DNA of 64,000 nucleotides from Octopus bimaculoides (GCF_001194135.2 NC_068984.1:97093700-97157699), one strand, 5' to 3'; positions 1 to 12,381 are shown, counted from the stretch's first letter. Notes: generated by a model not told the origin, from the sequence alone. Numbers and translations: made by a program.

Positions 1-119
1 ATATATATACATATGTATGTATACATATGTATGTATATATATGTGCGTATATATATATGTATATATATATACACGTGTGTGTATATATATATATGTATAT
101 ATACATGTGTGTGTATATA

Positions 120-181
<62 letters not shown>

Positions 182-260
182 TACATATACATGTTAGTAT
201 ATATATATATGTATATATATATGTATATATCTATATATATATACATGTGTGTATATATAA
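1..260. repeat. (TA)n/(TATG)n microsatellite; similar (TA)n, (CA)n, (TG)n, (ATT)n and (GA)n tracts occur throughout (e.g. 5640-6260, 23320-23560, 25600-26030, 62820-62926) and flank most N gaps
   Basis: Direct inspection; these tracts generate the IYIY/CVCV/THTH ORFs in the track. Confidence 0.95.
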
Positions 261-519
261 AAATAAAAAAATAAAAAAGGGGGTTTGTATGATAGTGTAT
301 ACAGGAATATATTATTTAAAAGAGTTCCAACTCTGTCTGTTTTTTATGTTTTATTTATATTCTTTTAAAATTAATGTGAGATATAGAATATGGAATATAT
401 AATATAAATAGTAAAATGGAATGAAGTATTGAATGTATTATTGAATAAATGAAATATTGAGTATTAAATATATAACGACTAGTATACTTTCCTGCTTTAT
501 AGCAGTCATCAAGGTCCCG

Positions 520-713
520 TCTGACAGATCTGGCCCTCGTGCCGGTGGCACATAAAACACCCACTACACTTTCGGAGTGGTTGGCATTAGGAAGGGCATC
601 CAGCTGTAGAAACTCTGCCAAATTAGATTGGAGCCTGGTGTCGCCACCTGGTCCACTAGTCCTCAGTCAAATCGTCCAACCCATGCTAGCATGGAAAGCG
701 AACGTTAAACGAC

Positions 714-742
<29 letters not shown>
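520..742 (+). mobile_element. RTE 3'-end copy with (GAT)n tail (further copies at about 7655-8040 +, 19036-19430 -, 25162-25575 -, 41000-41338 +)
   Basis: Shared core cactacactctcggagtggttggcgttaggaagggcatccagctgtagaaac...ccatgctagcatggaaagcggacgttaaacgatgatg. Confidence 0.85.
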
Positions 743-745
<3 letters not shown>

Positions 746-1044
746 ATATATATATTTATATATATATATATTTATAAATATATATATATTCCACAATGTA
801 ACCTCATGGATATCGTTGGCAATTTTTTCTTCCTTCGTCTTTCCTTCTTTGGACTTTCCTATGTTTCCGACGAAGAGTTCTGCTCAAAACATCAAATTCT
901 CTTTCTTTCCTTTCCCGAGCATCCAGTAACACAATCTGTATNNNNNNNNNNNNNNNNNNNNNNNNNNNNNNNNNNNNNNNNNNNNNNNNNNNNNNNNNNN
1001 NNNNNNNNNNNNNNNNNNNNNNNNNNNNNNNNNNNNNNNNNCAG

Positions 1045-1710
1045 ATGCTTGTATCAACAAAGAAATTGACAATAGACTCGCAAAGGCAAACAAAGCATTT
1101 AGCAGACTGTACAAGTGTGTATAGAACAGCAAACATCTTAAGATCAGCACAAAAGTCAGCATCTACAATGCTGTTGTTCTCACAATGCTCCTATATGGCT
1201 CTGAGTCCTTGGTCTCCTACTACTGCCTCCATACCATCCTCAACATCTACTGGAGTGACTACATCACCAACACAGATCCTTGAACGAGCAAAGGTCACCA
1301 GCCTGGAAGCTACTTTAGTTGAGACACGACTGTGTTGGGCAGGGCATGTTGACAGGATGAAAGACCATCGCCTACCTGAGATCATTATGTACAGTGAGCT
1401 CACCACTGGCCACCGCAAGAGGGGAGCACCAAGGAAGCAATACAAGGACTGCCTGAAGCATTCCCTTAGCATTTGTGACACTCATTATCATGAGTGGTCT
1501 GCTCTAACAGCTAACCGCATCGCTTGGCACCATACCATCAGCGATGTTGTTTCCTCCTTTGAGATCTCTCACACTGCCTCTCTTGAAGACAAATGTCAAA
1601 GGCGAAAATATAATGCAGCTGCTTCATCACACTCTGAACAACCATGCCCCTGTCATCACTGCAATCGGATATGTCGATTGCACATTGGCATTATCAGCCA
1701 CAAATGAGCA
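1045..1710 (+). mobile_element. RTE-clade LINE: RT C-terminus and terminal CCHH finger, frameshifted
   Basis: Reads RLCWAGHVDRMKDHRLPEIIMYSELTTGHRKRGAPRKQYKDCLK and CHHCNRICRLHIGIISH. The upstream frame has LRSTKVSIYNAVVLTMLLYGSESL. Confidence 0.88.
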
Positions 1711-1969
1711 TGCAGATAACAGCCTTCCTAATTTTTATCAGCAAAGTGATGCCAAGAAAGGTATATATATATATATNNNNNNNNNNNNNNNNNNNNNNNN
1801 NNNNNNNNNNNNNNNNNNNNNNNNNNNNNNNNNNNNNNNNNNNNNNNNNNNNNNNNNNNNNNNNNNNNNNNNNNNNNNNNNNNNNNNNNNNNNNNNNNNN
1901 NNNNNNNNNNNNNNNNNNNNNNNNNNNNNNNNNNNNNNNNNNNNNNNNNNNNNNNNNNNNNNNNNNNNN

Positions 1970-2002
<33 letters not shown>

Positions 2003-2239
2003 TATACATGTGTGTATGTATGTATAAATATACACACACACACACATAGACAACACGTGTGTGTATTAGATTGGACCAAGTAGGAAAAGTTACAGAGAGA
2101 TTTATAGCTCAATAAATAAGGAATTGAATTAGGTTAGATGAGATGCAGTGTTTGGTTTTGTGCCAGGGAGAAGTACTACTGGTGCCATTTTCTTAGATCG
2201 CTGCAGAAAAATATTTAGCCAAAAGTAAGCCAATGTACT

Positions 2240-2720
2240 TAGCTTTTAGCAATCTGGAGAAAGCCTTCAAGAGGAACTTTGCCTTATTATCTGGTGGTCA
2301 CTAAGGAAGCTTGTGTACAAACAGCAATGTTACATGGTAGTGAGACATGAGCCCTGAATGTGGAGGGCATGTGAAGGTTTGAAAAGAATGAAGCCACTAT
2401 GCTTCATTGTATATGCAGCATCAATCAGTCTACATGTACAACCAAGTGCAAATGTGTTGAGGAAAACATTGGGCATAAAAGAAATCAGATGAAGTGTGCA
2501 AGAGAGAAGACTGTATTGGTATGGTCATCTGAGGCATAATGATAATAATAGGTATATAAAACAGTGCCAACCCCTTAACATAGTTGGGATTTGAGGAAGA
2601 GGGAGACCAAGGAAGACATAGAATGAAGTAGTGAAAGCTAATCTCAGGATGTTAAACCTCATGGAGAAAATGACAAAGGACCATGAAAATTGGCAATTCT
2701 TTGTGCTCATGAAGGCCCAT
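2240..2720 (+). mobile_element. Degenerate RTE LINE fragments
   Basis: Remnants of DLEKAF...IWWSLRKL and ERRLxWYGH...RGRPRKTW, with the 3' end similar to 13540-13900. Confidence 0.6.
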
Positions 2721-4470
2721 CATAATGAAAGTGATGGCCCTGCCCCTGCAACGTACAGCATTATTCAGCTGCTGTAATATTATGAGAGCAGAAATACAGA
2801 TATGTCGTCGGTTTTCATGCTACCAGTTACCCCTCCCTCTAGAATCACTTAGTTTTTAACATCCATTTCCTCATTTTCAGTTCACTTCATCCCTTCTCAC
2901 TTCATTTTCCACTGAACATCCATTTCTGTACCTCCATTTATTTATTTCCCTTGAGCTACATGTTATGACTGTCATATCTACCTTTAACACCCTCTCATAT
3001 CTGCTGACAATGGCACCTCCACTAACTAACTTTTGTCCTCTACTATGTAACTCTGATCTCCACCTCCCAATTTTTCCTCTAACTACAGATTTGTTATACA
3101 ACTGCTCTCCACTCCTTCTTTCTTGTCACTTACTACCTCCTCTTTTCTGAGCTACTCCTATTTCTTTCACTTTCCACCCCACCCCAACAAACTGATTAAT
3201 TACCATCAACTGTACTTCCACCCTTGTTTATTCACTACATTTACCTCTACCCCTCTCTCTAATCATCTGTTCTCCTATCACACTCTTATGAACTTAAGCA
3301 ATCTCTACAGCCAGACACCTGTACCTCTCCCTTCTGTCATATTTTAGCCTCTGAACACCCAAGATAAAACTATCTCCCTGTTTACTACACTCCCTCTCAA
3401 TATTTTCTTTGCCTTCACTAGTTAATTGGTGACTTCACTAGTACTGGTGTTATAAAAATGAAAATCTGTACATTCTGTTAAGTGGTTGATGTTATGAAGG
3501 GCATCAGGTCAAAGAAACAATGCCAAAGCAGACATTAGAGATCAGTAGAGTCCTCTGGTTTATTAGATCCTGTTGAACTGTTAAACCCATACCAACTTGG
3601 GAGACAAACATTAAATGGTGATGATATAGATATATATATATATATATATATATGTCTGTCAGTGCACATGTGGATATACACACACACACACAGACATATA
3701 CATTCCTAGAACAATTACCTGGCAAGCTTGGGACCAGGAGTGTCCTGGATTTCTCGAGTTTCCTGTTTTCTGGAAGTAGTCTTGGTATGTACTTAAAATA
3801 TAAAATAAACTAAGAAAAGTAAAGAACTAAATTGTATTTAAGAGATTCAATGTAATACACATCTAAAATAGGATGTGTTTGATATCTAATAATTCGCTTA
3901 ACATTCTAAAAATACGTCATACTGTACCAATTGTATAGTATAGTGATTATAGGAAGAAAGTTGAACAAAGAAAAGTAAAGAAAATGTTTTTTTTTTTTTA
4001 AGAGATGCTTGTAAAAATTAATACACTTCTAAAGCAGAGTATGTTTAATCTTTATTAATTCACTTAAATAAAATGAAGAACAAAACTGTTTTTAACACAC
4101 TGTATTCAAATTAACAAACTTCAAAAACAAGGTCTATTTACTTGATGCAGTATATTGGATGATATTGCACAGTATTCCCAGATTTCTGGAGAGTGGAATC
4201 TGGCAGATAGAATCTTTGCGGAAGTCCATCAAAATGTCCGTTCCTTTTCTCAACAGGTAAACTTAATGAGCTCCTAGTTTTCGTACCACCATCTGGCTTT
4301 TTGTGTACCTTTAGTGAAATCCATTTTTTGGAAGCATATTGTCCAGATCTCTGGTTTGAAGATAATTGTCACCCACCAAACTTCAAGATTTTGAAGAGGA
4401 TCATGGGAGCTGCTGTTCTTCCTCTCACTAAACCATTAAAAGAACTGTTCTTTCTATTTCTCTCCCACAG

Positions 4471-4695
4471 AAATCACCACTGTTACTGATGCACCCAAGA
4501 TTAAGGCCCTGACTCGCTGCCAGAAACACCACAAACAGAATCTAAATCATAGTGAAGAGTATCTCCCTCAGTGTACAAGCATAGGCGAGTACAAGAAAAT
4601 GCAGTGCATGGTAAATGTCTGTTGGTGTGTGTCTCGAAATGGCAAGCTAATTAATGGCACCAAGTTGACAGATGCTAAACCTGACTGCCACAAGG
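4471..4695 (+). CDS. Syndecan ectodomain exon: thyroglobulin type-1 domain 1 (internal exon, phase 1-1)
   Basis: Acceptor tttctctcccacag| and donor G|gtaagt; 225 nt. Reads ITTVTDAPKIKALTRCQKHHKQNLNHSEEYLPQCTSIGEYKKMQCMVNVCWCVSRNGKLINGTKLTDAKPDCHK, with six Cys and the QC...CWCV thyroglobulin-1 signature. The domain call is firm; assignment to the syndecan is inferred from strand and phase. Confidence 0.85.
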
Positions 4696-6530
4696 GTAAG
4701 TTTTTAATTTTAATTAGATTTTTGCTATTGATGGTTTCCTTCAGGGTTTTGTTGGGTTTTNNNNNNNNNNAACCTAGAATTTCACACCAACAAAAGAGTA
4801 CACTTTTGTGAGTCAAATGACTCTGAAATCTTCATTCCACATAATGTGTGTATGTGTATATACATGCATATGTATGTGCTATATATGTGTACTTAATGAA
4901 AGCACAGTTTGCAAAATTTACCCTATCTCTCAGTGCCGTAAACTTGTCTATAAGATGAAAATTTATACGTGTCTGTGCAAATACAATTCACTAAAATAAG
5001 TTACAGGATTAATCAAAATCGTTGATGTTTCTCCATCCAGTTTTCCATGCTGGCAGATTTTGGTTGGGTATTTTTATGACACTGTTATATGGCTAGATGC
5101 TCCATCCGGTGCCAGCCCCATTAGTTATGATTTATAATGCACAGAGATATGAGGTACCCATTGTAAAAACCAGGATATACACTGTCAATATGATCAAATA
5201 AAATGCTTGAAGGTGTATCCTCAGTATAACTGCAGAAACAGTGACTGAAACCAGTAACAGTGTATCTATACAATACATGTACACAGTATGTATAGATATA
5301 TATGTAAACATATACATGTATGCACACACACACAAAGTTGGTGTATACACTACCAATTGCTATAATCTACTGATCTCTCTGAAATGAGTTCATGTAGACT
5401 AAAAGGTTCTGTCCCTGAACCAGCTGTTACAGTTTTTAACTCTTAACCTTTTTGAGCAGATTATCTTCTAGCCACTAGGCTATCTAACCTCACCAAACGA
5501 TCGGCATGACAAGCAGCCATAATTTTTAGGGCTTGGTTATGTGATTAAGGAATACACTGCAACTCTGTGGTTTCAAGCTCAATCTCATTCCACAGTACCT
5601 TAGGGAGTTGTCCACTGTGAACAGAAGATATGGAAGCCTACCAAAGAGATGGTTCTTTGTGTGTGTGTGTGTGTGTGTTTCCATGTGTGCATGGGTGGAA
5701 GGGTCAATAGTGAATCACAGACAGTCTGAAGGGTGTGTGTAAATGGAGGGGTATGTGAGTGTGTGGAAGTGTATGTATGTGAGAGTGTGGGTGTGGTATT
5801 AACTTTGTGTTTGTGTGTGGTAGGATCTGTGTGCATGTGTGTTGATGTCACTCTGAGAGGTCAGCAGGTATAGTGACAGGTGTGTGAATGGGTGAGTGTG
5901 CAGTATGCGTGTGTGTTTGCATGTGTGCACAGTTGAAAGGGTTAGAGGCAGTCTGAAGGGTGTGTGAATGGGTGGGTGTGGCTGTGTGTGTGTATTGACA
6001 TGTCTGCATAGACTGAGTGGGAATGTGTGGAAGTGTACGTATGTGCATGTATGTGTGTCCGTTGTGTGTGGAGGATTGTGTGTGTGCATGGAGGGTTGTA
6101 TGTATGGAGGTGCATATGTGTGCATGCATTACAGGGGGAGAGAGATGAGGTCCACCTGTGTGTAGGTGCTTAGGGCCAAAGATGTGGGTATTGTGTGCAG
6201 GCATGTGTGTGTGTGTGTGCACACGCATGCGGGTGTGTGTGGGACTGTGCATGTGTGGTATAGGAATATAAACACTAAAAAATAATACAAATAAATAATG
6301 AAAAATAAAAATTAGTAATAATAAAAAATAAATGTAAAAGACCACACACACACATGCGCGTGTGTGAGGAGGGCACTGAAAAGTTCCTTGCTTTAAGGGT
6401 ATCTGAAAAGGTCTGCCCTGGCTGGAAGTTCAACCTTCTGAGTTCTCTTACAGGGCTTAGAAAAACTGAAGGGCCACTGCAATAAGTGTGTGTATTTTCT
6501 TTTACCCAAAGCCAGGAACTGTTCAGTACC

Positions 6531-6584
<54 letters not shown>

Positions 6585-7454
6585 GTAGGCACAGGAGTAG
6601 CTGTGTGGTAAGAAGCTTGCTTCCCAAACACATGGTTCTGGGTTCAGTCCTATTGCATGGCACCTTGGGCAAGTGTCTTCTACTGTAGCCTCAGGCTGAC
6701 CAAAGCTGTGTGAGTGGATTTGGTTGACAGAAACTGAAAGAAGCCCATCATATATATTCATATATGCATGTATGTATAAATCTGTGTGCATGTCTTTGTA
6801 CTTGTATTTACTCCCCACCCCAACCACTTGACAATGAATATTGGTTTGTCTACATTCTAGTAACTTAGTAGCTCAGTGAAAGTGACTGGTAGAGTAAGTA
6901 CCAGGCTTTACAAATAAAACTAAGTTCTGGGATAGATTCATTCAGCTACAACCCTTCAATGTGGTGCCCCAACAGCCAGTGAGTGAAACAAATAAAATAT
7001 ATAGTTTACAGATGTGATCCAAATATTCTCTGTACAGAAGACACTTAATAGTACTCAAAAGGTTCAAACTTGTCTTTAGAGAGGGTCATTCCACAAGGTA
7101 AAGAAAGGCTATAGGAGCGATCAAGATGAGCGGGTATAGAGGCAATTATGCAGATAAACAAATTAGACACATCAGATATATTAAATATATTAAACACATC
7201 AAATACAAAATGTCACAAGTCTGTAGCTCCTCCTCCCTCTCATCAAATTTCTCAAAGAGGATGTCCTTAAATCTCTGACCATGTGAAAGGCTTTTAAGCT
7301 TTCAAATCCTTCTTTTTTGGATTGGTCTGTTTCTTGGCATCCTTCTGGCTTCGAGTCTAAAGTCACTAATGACTAGTCTATGCTGGGGGGGTACATTCTT
7401 CCAGGGAGGATCTTTGTATTTAAGAGCAACCATGCATCCAGCTGTCTGGTGAGG

Positions 7455-7650
7455 ATGAATTAAATCAGGTTAGCAAAGTCACCTGATTGATAGGTTATCA
7501 GGTGGCTGTCTGGCTTCATGAAGTTCGTGTTGCAGATTAATAGGTTGCTTGCTTCACAGCACTCGAGTGGCCTACTTCCCTCTTCGTTTCGGGAACCAAT
7601 TCCATGGCCCCCATGGAACACCATGGAAGATACCAGATTGCTGTCTGACA
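7455..7650 (-). mobile_element. RTE apurinic-endonuclease domain fragment
   Basis: Reads HGGHGIGSRNEEGSRPLECCEASNLLICNTNFMKPDSHLITYQSG, the typical RTE APE motif GxRNxEG...NTxFxK..HLITY. Confidence 0.75.
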
Positions 7651-8146
7651 TGCCCATTAAAATCAAAATCACAATCAGAATCTCAATCAAATCAAAATAG
7701 AAATGGAAATTGTACTTGTGGCTAATGCCAGTTCTGCCTGACTGGCTCCTGTGCTTGTGGCACGCAATAAGCACCATTCGAACATGGTTGATGCCAGTAT
7801 CCCCCATCCTGACTGGCTCCTGTGCCGGTGGTATGTAAAAAGCACCATCGGAACGTGGCCGGTAGCACGTAAAAAGCACCTACTACACTCTCGGAGTGGT
7901 TGGTGTTAGGAAGGGCATCCAGCTGTAGAAACCTTGCCAGATCATATTGGAGCTGGGTGCAGCCTCCTGGCTTGCTAGTACCCAGTCAAACCATCCAACC
8001 CATGCCAGCATGGAAAACGGACATTAAATGATGATGATGTATATGTGCAAGACAAGAGAAAGCAAAAGACGGAAACTATTTTTAATATATTTGATGTGTC
8101 TAATGTATTTGCCTGCATAATTGCCCATAATATATATATATATATA

Positions 8147-8502
8147 TCTCAAATAATAAGCAACACGGATTGTCTAGAATCAATTACTAGCCTGATAGAC
8201 CCTGCTATGTCAAGATGGACTTATATATTCTTCCTCTGCTCTCTCCCACTTGGTTTTAATATGTTGCCACATTTGTAATATGTCTTTTTTTCTGCATTTT
8301 TTCGTGCAGCTGAAGATTGCTCTTCATATTGCATTTAAGGTAATGCTCACATTACTTAAATAAATTGAAGTAGCATGAAACGTGCGTACTGCAATCACTT
8401 TTGAAATCCGTGTTGCTTATTATTTGATTTTTAATCACCCATCCTTTTGGGATGTGATATTCGGGTGCCTTCGCATAAGTACCATATTCAAGCCTTGAAT
8501 CT
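8147..8502 (+). mobile_element. PLE terminal-repeat (pLTR-like) fragment carrying the hammerhead
   Basis: 8291-8502 is a near-identical reverse complement of 12081-12287. 8147-8170 is a short inverted copy of 8404-8428. Ends close to a (TA)n tract. Confidence 0.65.
8305..8393 (+). ncRNA. Type I hammerhead ribozyme motif (PLE-associated), predicted cleavage after A8388
   Basis: Stem I UGCAG(8305-09)/CUGCA(8389-93); core CUGAAGA (8310-16) and GAAA (8377-80); stem III AC-gugc-GU then A17. Long stem II: UGCU/AGCA, CUUCA/UGAAG, UUUAA/UUAAA, GUAAUG-cuca-CAUUAC. Only deviation seen is a U-U at the first stem II pair. Confidence 0.8.
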
Positions 8503-8513
8503 ATATCTAAACC

Positions 8514-8547
<34 letters not shown>

Positions 8548-9061
8548 TTTACATGTTTTAGTTTTTGAATAGCAACCATGTTGGGCACTACCTTGGAGAG
8601 TTTAGTTGAACAAACTGACCCCAGTACTTGGGTTTAAGCCTGGTAATTATTCTATTAGTTGCTTCTTGCTGAAGTGCTAAAGTACTGGGGACATAAACAA
8701 ATCAACACCAGTTGTCAAGTGGTGGTGGAAGAGAAAACCAATGACATACATACATAGATATATGTGTATGTGTGTGGCTATGTATGTAAACAATAGGCTT
8801 ATTTCAGTTTCCATCAACTAAATCCACCCACAAGGCTTTGGTTGGCCCAGAGCTATAATGGAAGACATTTGCTCAAAGTGCCATATAGTGAGATTGAACC
8901 CTAGATATATATGAATTATTTTTATCGTTGTCATTCATGTATGCTTGCAATTATAAATGTTTGTTAAAATATTTTGAAATTTTCATCAGAATTTTTCTTA
9001 TATTTTCATTTTTCAAATGTCTAAAGTTTTCTTTCTTGTATTTTTTTCTTTTGAATTACAG

Positions 9062-9259
9062 GAACTAATTTGTCACCATGTGTGTGGGAGCTTGTCAAAC
9101 ATTCTAGAGGATCGCCGGGGTCACTCCGTCCAAGTTGTACTGAGTCAGGAGAATATGAACGAGTCCAGTGTGATGGCAACAAATGTTGGTGTACTAATAA
9201 ACACGGAAATAAGATTAAAGGAAGTCAAGTCCATCTTCCAAAAAGACCAGTTTGTGATG
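9062..9259 (+). CDS. Syndecan ectodomain exon: thyroglobulin type-1 domain 2 (internal exon, phase 1-1)
   Basis: Acceptor ttttgaattacag| and donor G|gtaagc; 198 nt. Reads TNLSPCVWELVKHSRGSPGSLRPSCTESGEYERVQCDGNKCWCTNKHGNKIKGSQVHLPKRPVCD, with six Cys and QC...CWC; in frame with the previous exon. Confidence 0.85.
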
Positions 9260-10572
9260 GTAAGCATTTTCTGGAACTGAATATATCCTATCACCCATCC
9301 ACCTGGCCCACTATCTCTGTTTCTATTCTTTGTGAGTGTCTCATGGGTGAGAGCAAAGCTGTGACAAATGTGATTTTTTTTTTTGTTAAAAGATTGTAGT
9401 GTGATTTGAGGAACATTTGATTGCTACTTCTGGCAAGCTAAGTGGTCATGGAGAGAGATCTTTTTAACTTGTGATACAAGATCTAAGACCTTATCTCAAC
9501 AGGTATAGATGAGTTGATGGGCTGGTTAAGAAGATGATCACAATACCGACCATGGCAACCACTAGTGCAATAACATCAACCACACCACTGCTATTACAAT
9601 CACCACCACCCTCTATCTCTTCCACTACTACTAACAAAACCACAGTGACAACATTAATGCCACCTTAACAGTCTATGTAAGATTGTTGTCAGTGACAGTG
9701 GTAGTATTTAGCCCTTGGTTGCCCTTGATTTAAGAAGTGTATTGCAACCTTGACTAGCCTTTCTGTTTAGGGAAATGTACAATTTTGTTAACCATTGTCT
9801 TTTCTTTATCTAAGATAGCAAGGTGTGATTTGAGGGAGATTTTGGCTCTTATTTTTAGTATGCTGAGTGAACACCTGAAGGTATCATTACTGGATCATGA
9901 ATTCAGGAACACAAATGGTAAATAACAAAGAAAGATGTTTATATCATCATATTTATCATTTATTACTTGTCATCCATGTTCGCATGGGTTGGATGATTCA
10001 TCAAAATCCAATGAACTGAAGGACTGCATCAATCTCCAATATCTGCTTTGGCATGGATTCTACAGCTGAATGACCTTCCTAATGCCAACCACTTTGCAGA
10101 GTGTACTGGATGCTTCTTTTATAGTACCAGCACTAGCAAGGTTGCAAATAACTTAGGAGACAAAAAGCCTCTTCACTAAGTGGGAGATGGCCTATGTTAG
10201 GTGTTGAGACATGAAAATATGATAAAGGAACAGTAACAGATGTTTGCTGTAGAGGAAGTACATGGCTACCTCACATTATATAAGGGTGGAAGTAACTGGT
10301 AAGAGAGATAAAGGTGTTTAAGTAAAAAAGATAATTTGTGAGGAATTATTGAAGCTGTTGCTCCAACTCGCTAACCATTGTTTGTTTAACTATTTTACAA
10401 CTAAATATTAAACTAACTCAGTAACAATACAAGACTATTTACTATCTTATTTATATAAGCAAAGTGTTAGTTTCTTGACTTCTATAAGATAATTTGGTCA
10501 ATTTAACAGCTTTCCATTTTAATCTAGATAAACACTGGATGGTTACTAAAAGAATATACATATACTATACAT

Positions 10573-10612
<40 letters not shown>

Positions 10613-11377
10613 TGTATGTATGTATGGTTGTGTAGTTTAAAAGTTTGCTTCCCAACCACATGGTTCAAGATCCCACTCTGTGTCTTCTGCACTAGGCTAA
10701 CCATAGCTGTGTTGAGTTTTGGTTGACTAAAAACTCAAGCTATCCCATCATGTGTGTGTGTTTGTGCTTGTGTGCATGCATGTATATATGTTGAGATGAA
10801 TGTTACAAATTACAGCTTAGCTACGAATGGTAATGTCATTATTTGTGTTGGGCAGCAACTGATGGTGTTTGTTGAAATTTCCCATCTACAAATCATCTAC
10901 TATCTTTGCACGTCCTAATTCCTCTGAAATGGAAAAAAGAATATTGCTTACTTGAGCAGAAATGGGTTGACAACAGAAAGAGCATCAGATCATAGAAAAT
11001 CTGCCTCAAATAATTTCATCTGGCTCATGATATCAAGGAAAAGGGGACATTAAAAAATAATGATAATATATGTATAAACTTAGATGCATACATATGTGTA
11101 TCTATATTTACAATTCAGTGTACTGTCAACTGCATAACTTACTAATTTGACAGAGGTTGACAAAACAAGTACCAAAGTTGATATTGACTGACTAAAACTT
11201 TCAAGAATGTGGTGCACCACTATGACCACAATCCAATGGCTCTAACCAGAGTGTGTGTGAGCTTTTTGCTCCCACTTGATGTATCGAACCCCAGTAATGG
11301 GAGGGGTGGAAGAGTGGATGTGGGAAACTTGACAAGGACTGTTGGTGGTGGAAATAAGTTTAGGGGTGGCCCTGAAA

Positions 11378-11640
11378 AATCATGTAATTGTAGAAACCCT
11401 CAATTGTATCCTTGACAGGTTCTGTCTGAGTACCAATGTAGTATATAAATGCATTGTTAAGGATGAGGACAATTTAAATAAGGTTTATATAGGCAGTACG
11501 GTGAATTTTAAAGCCAGATATAGGGCCCATATGAGCTCGTTTTCAAACGAAAAATATTACAGCTCTACAACACTCGCATCTCATTTGCACAACCTTAAGA
11601 AGAAGAATTCAACTATGGTAGTGAATTCCTGAAATGGCAA
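11378..11640 (+). mobile_element. Penelope-like element GIY-YIG endonuclease fragment (frameshifted)
   Basis: Reads CNCRNPQLYP / LDRFCLSTNVVYKCIV...VYIGSTVNFKARYRAHMSSFSNEKYYSSTTLASHLHNLK: the Cys-rich linker plus VVY...YIG of Neptune-type PLEs. Confidence 0.85.
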
Positions 11641-12044
11641 TAGATACTTGTGTGTGTTGTTTTTGACCGGTGTATTTATATGAACTTTTGAAAGTTTTTG
11701 TGAGGAGAGACAACTTTTTTCAGGATATACTTGGATTTTACCTATGGAAGTCTGCTTTATTATGAACTTGTACCTGTTGAGGGAAGTAAAAGACCATTTC
11801 AAATATATATATCTTTTTAAATACTTTTTGAATTATTCAAAAAGTATTTTAATCGTCAAATAAAATCTTTTAGTCAGTGGACAATTATTTTATTTTATGA
11901 TCATATTATTTATATTTGTCTAGTAGGATTATTATTTTGAATTTTTAGTCGCTTATTTTAACTCTGATTAGACCTTTTGTATTCTATTATAAAAAAATAT
12001 ATATTTTACGTTATATTTTTAACTCAGATTAGATATAATAAGAG

Positions 12045-12080
<36 letters not shown>

Positions 12081-12083
<3 letters not shown>

Positions 12084-12381
12084 TTCAAGGTTGAATATGG
12101 TACTTATGCGTAGGCACCCGAATATCATATCCCAAAAGGATAGGTGATCAAAATCAAAAAATAAGCAACACGGATTTCAAAGGTGATTGCAGTACGCACG
12201 TTTCATGCTACTTCAATTTATTTAAGTAATGCGACCATTACCTTAAATGCAATATGAAGAGCAATCTTCAGCTGCACGAAAATGCAGAATCCAAGTATAT
12301 CCTGAAAAAAGTTGTCTCTCCTCACAAAAACTTTCAAAAGTTCATATAAATACACTGGTCAAAAACAACACACACAAGTAT
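12081..12381 (-). mobile_element. Inverted pLTR-like copy of the same PLE, running into an assembly gap
   Basis: 12288-12381 is an inverted copy of 11644-11737 (94 bp, one mismatch seen). 12081-12287 contains the hammerhead and abuts (AT)n. Confidence 0.7.
12188..12276 (-). ncRNA. Second copy of the same hammerhead, antisense to the syndecan transcript
   Basis: Reverse complement matches 8305-8393 except in the terminal loop of stem II (gucg vs cuca). Confidence 0.78.

Noticed and set aside
13-402. IYIY/CVCV/THTH-type ORFs here and throughout (e.g. 5600-6351, 23179-23753, 25322-26333), and ORFs running through N gaps
   Set aside because: Translations of dinucleotide microsatellites or of Ns; no domain content or splice support.
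4241-4262. Pyrimidine tract plus CAG|GTAAAC resembling a recursive splice site
   Set aside because: Only about 210 nt before a real acceptor, with a weak donor; not distinguishable from chance without nascent-RNA data.
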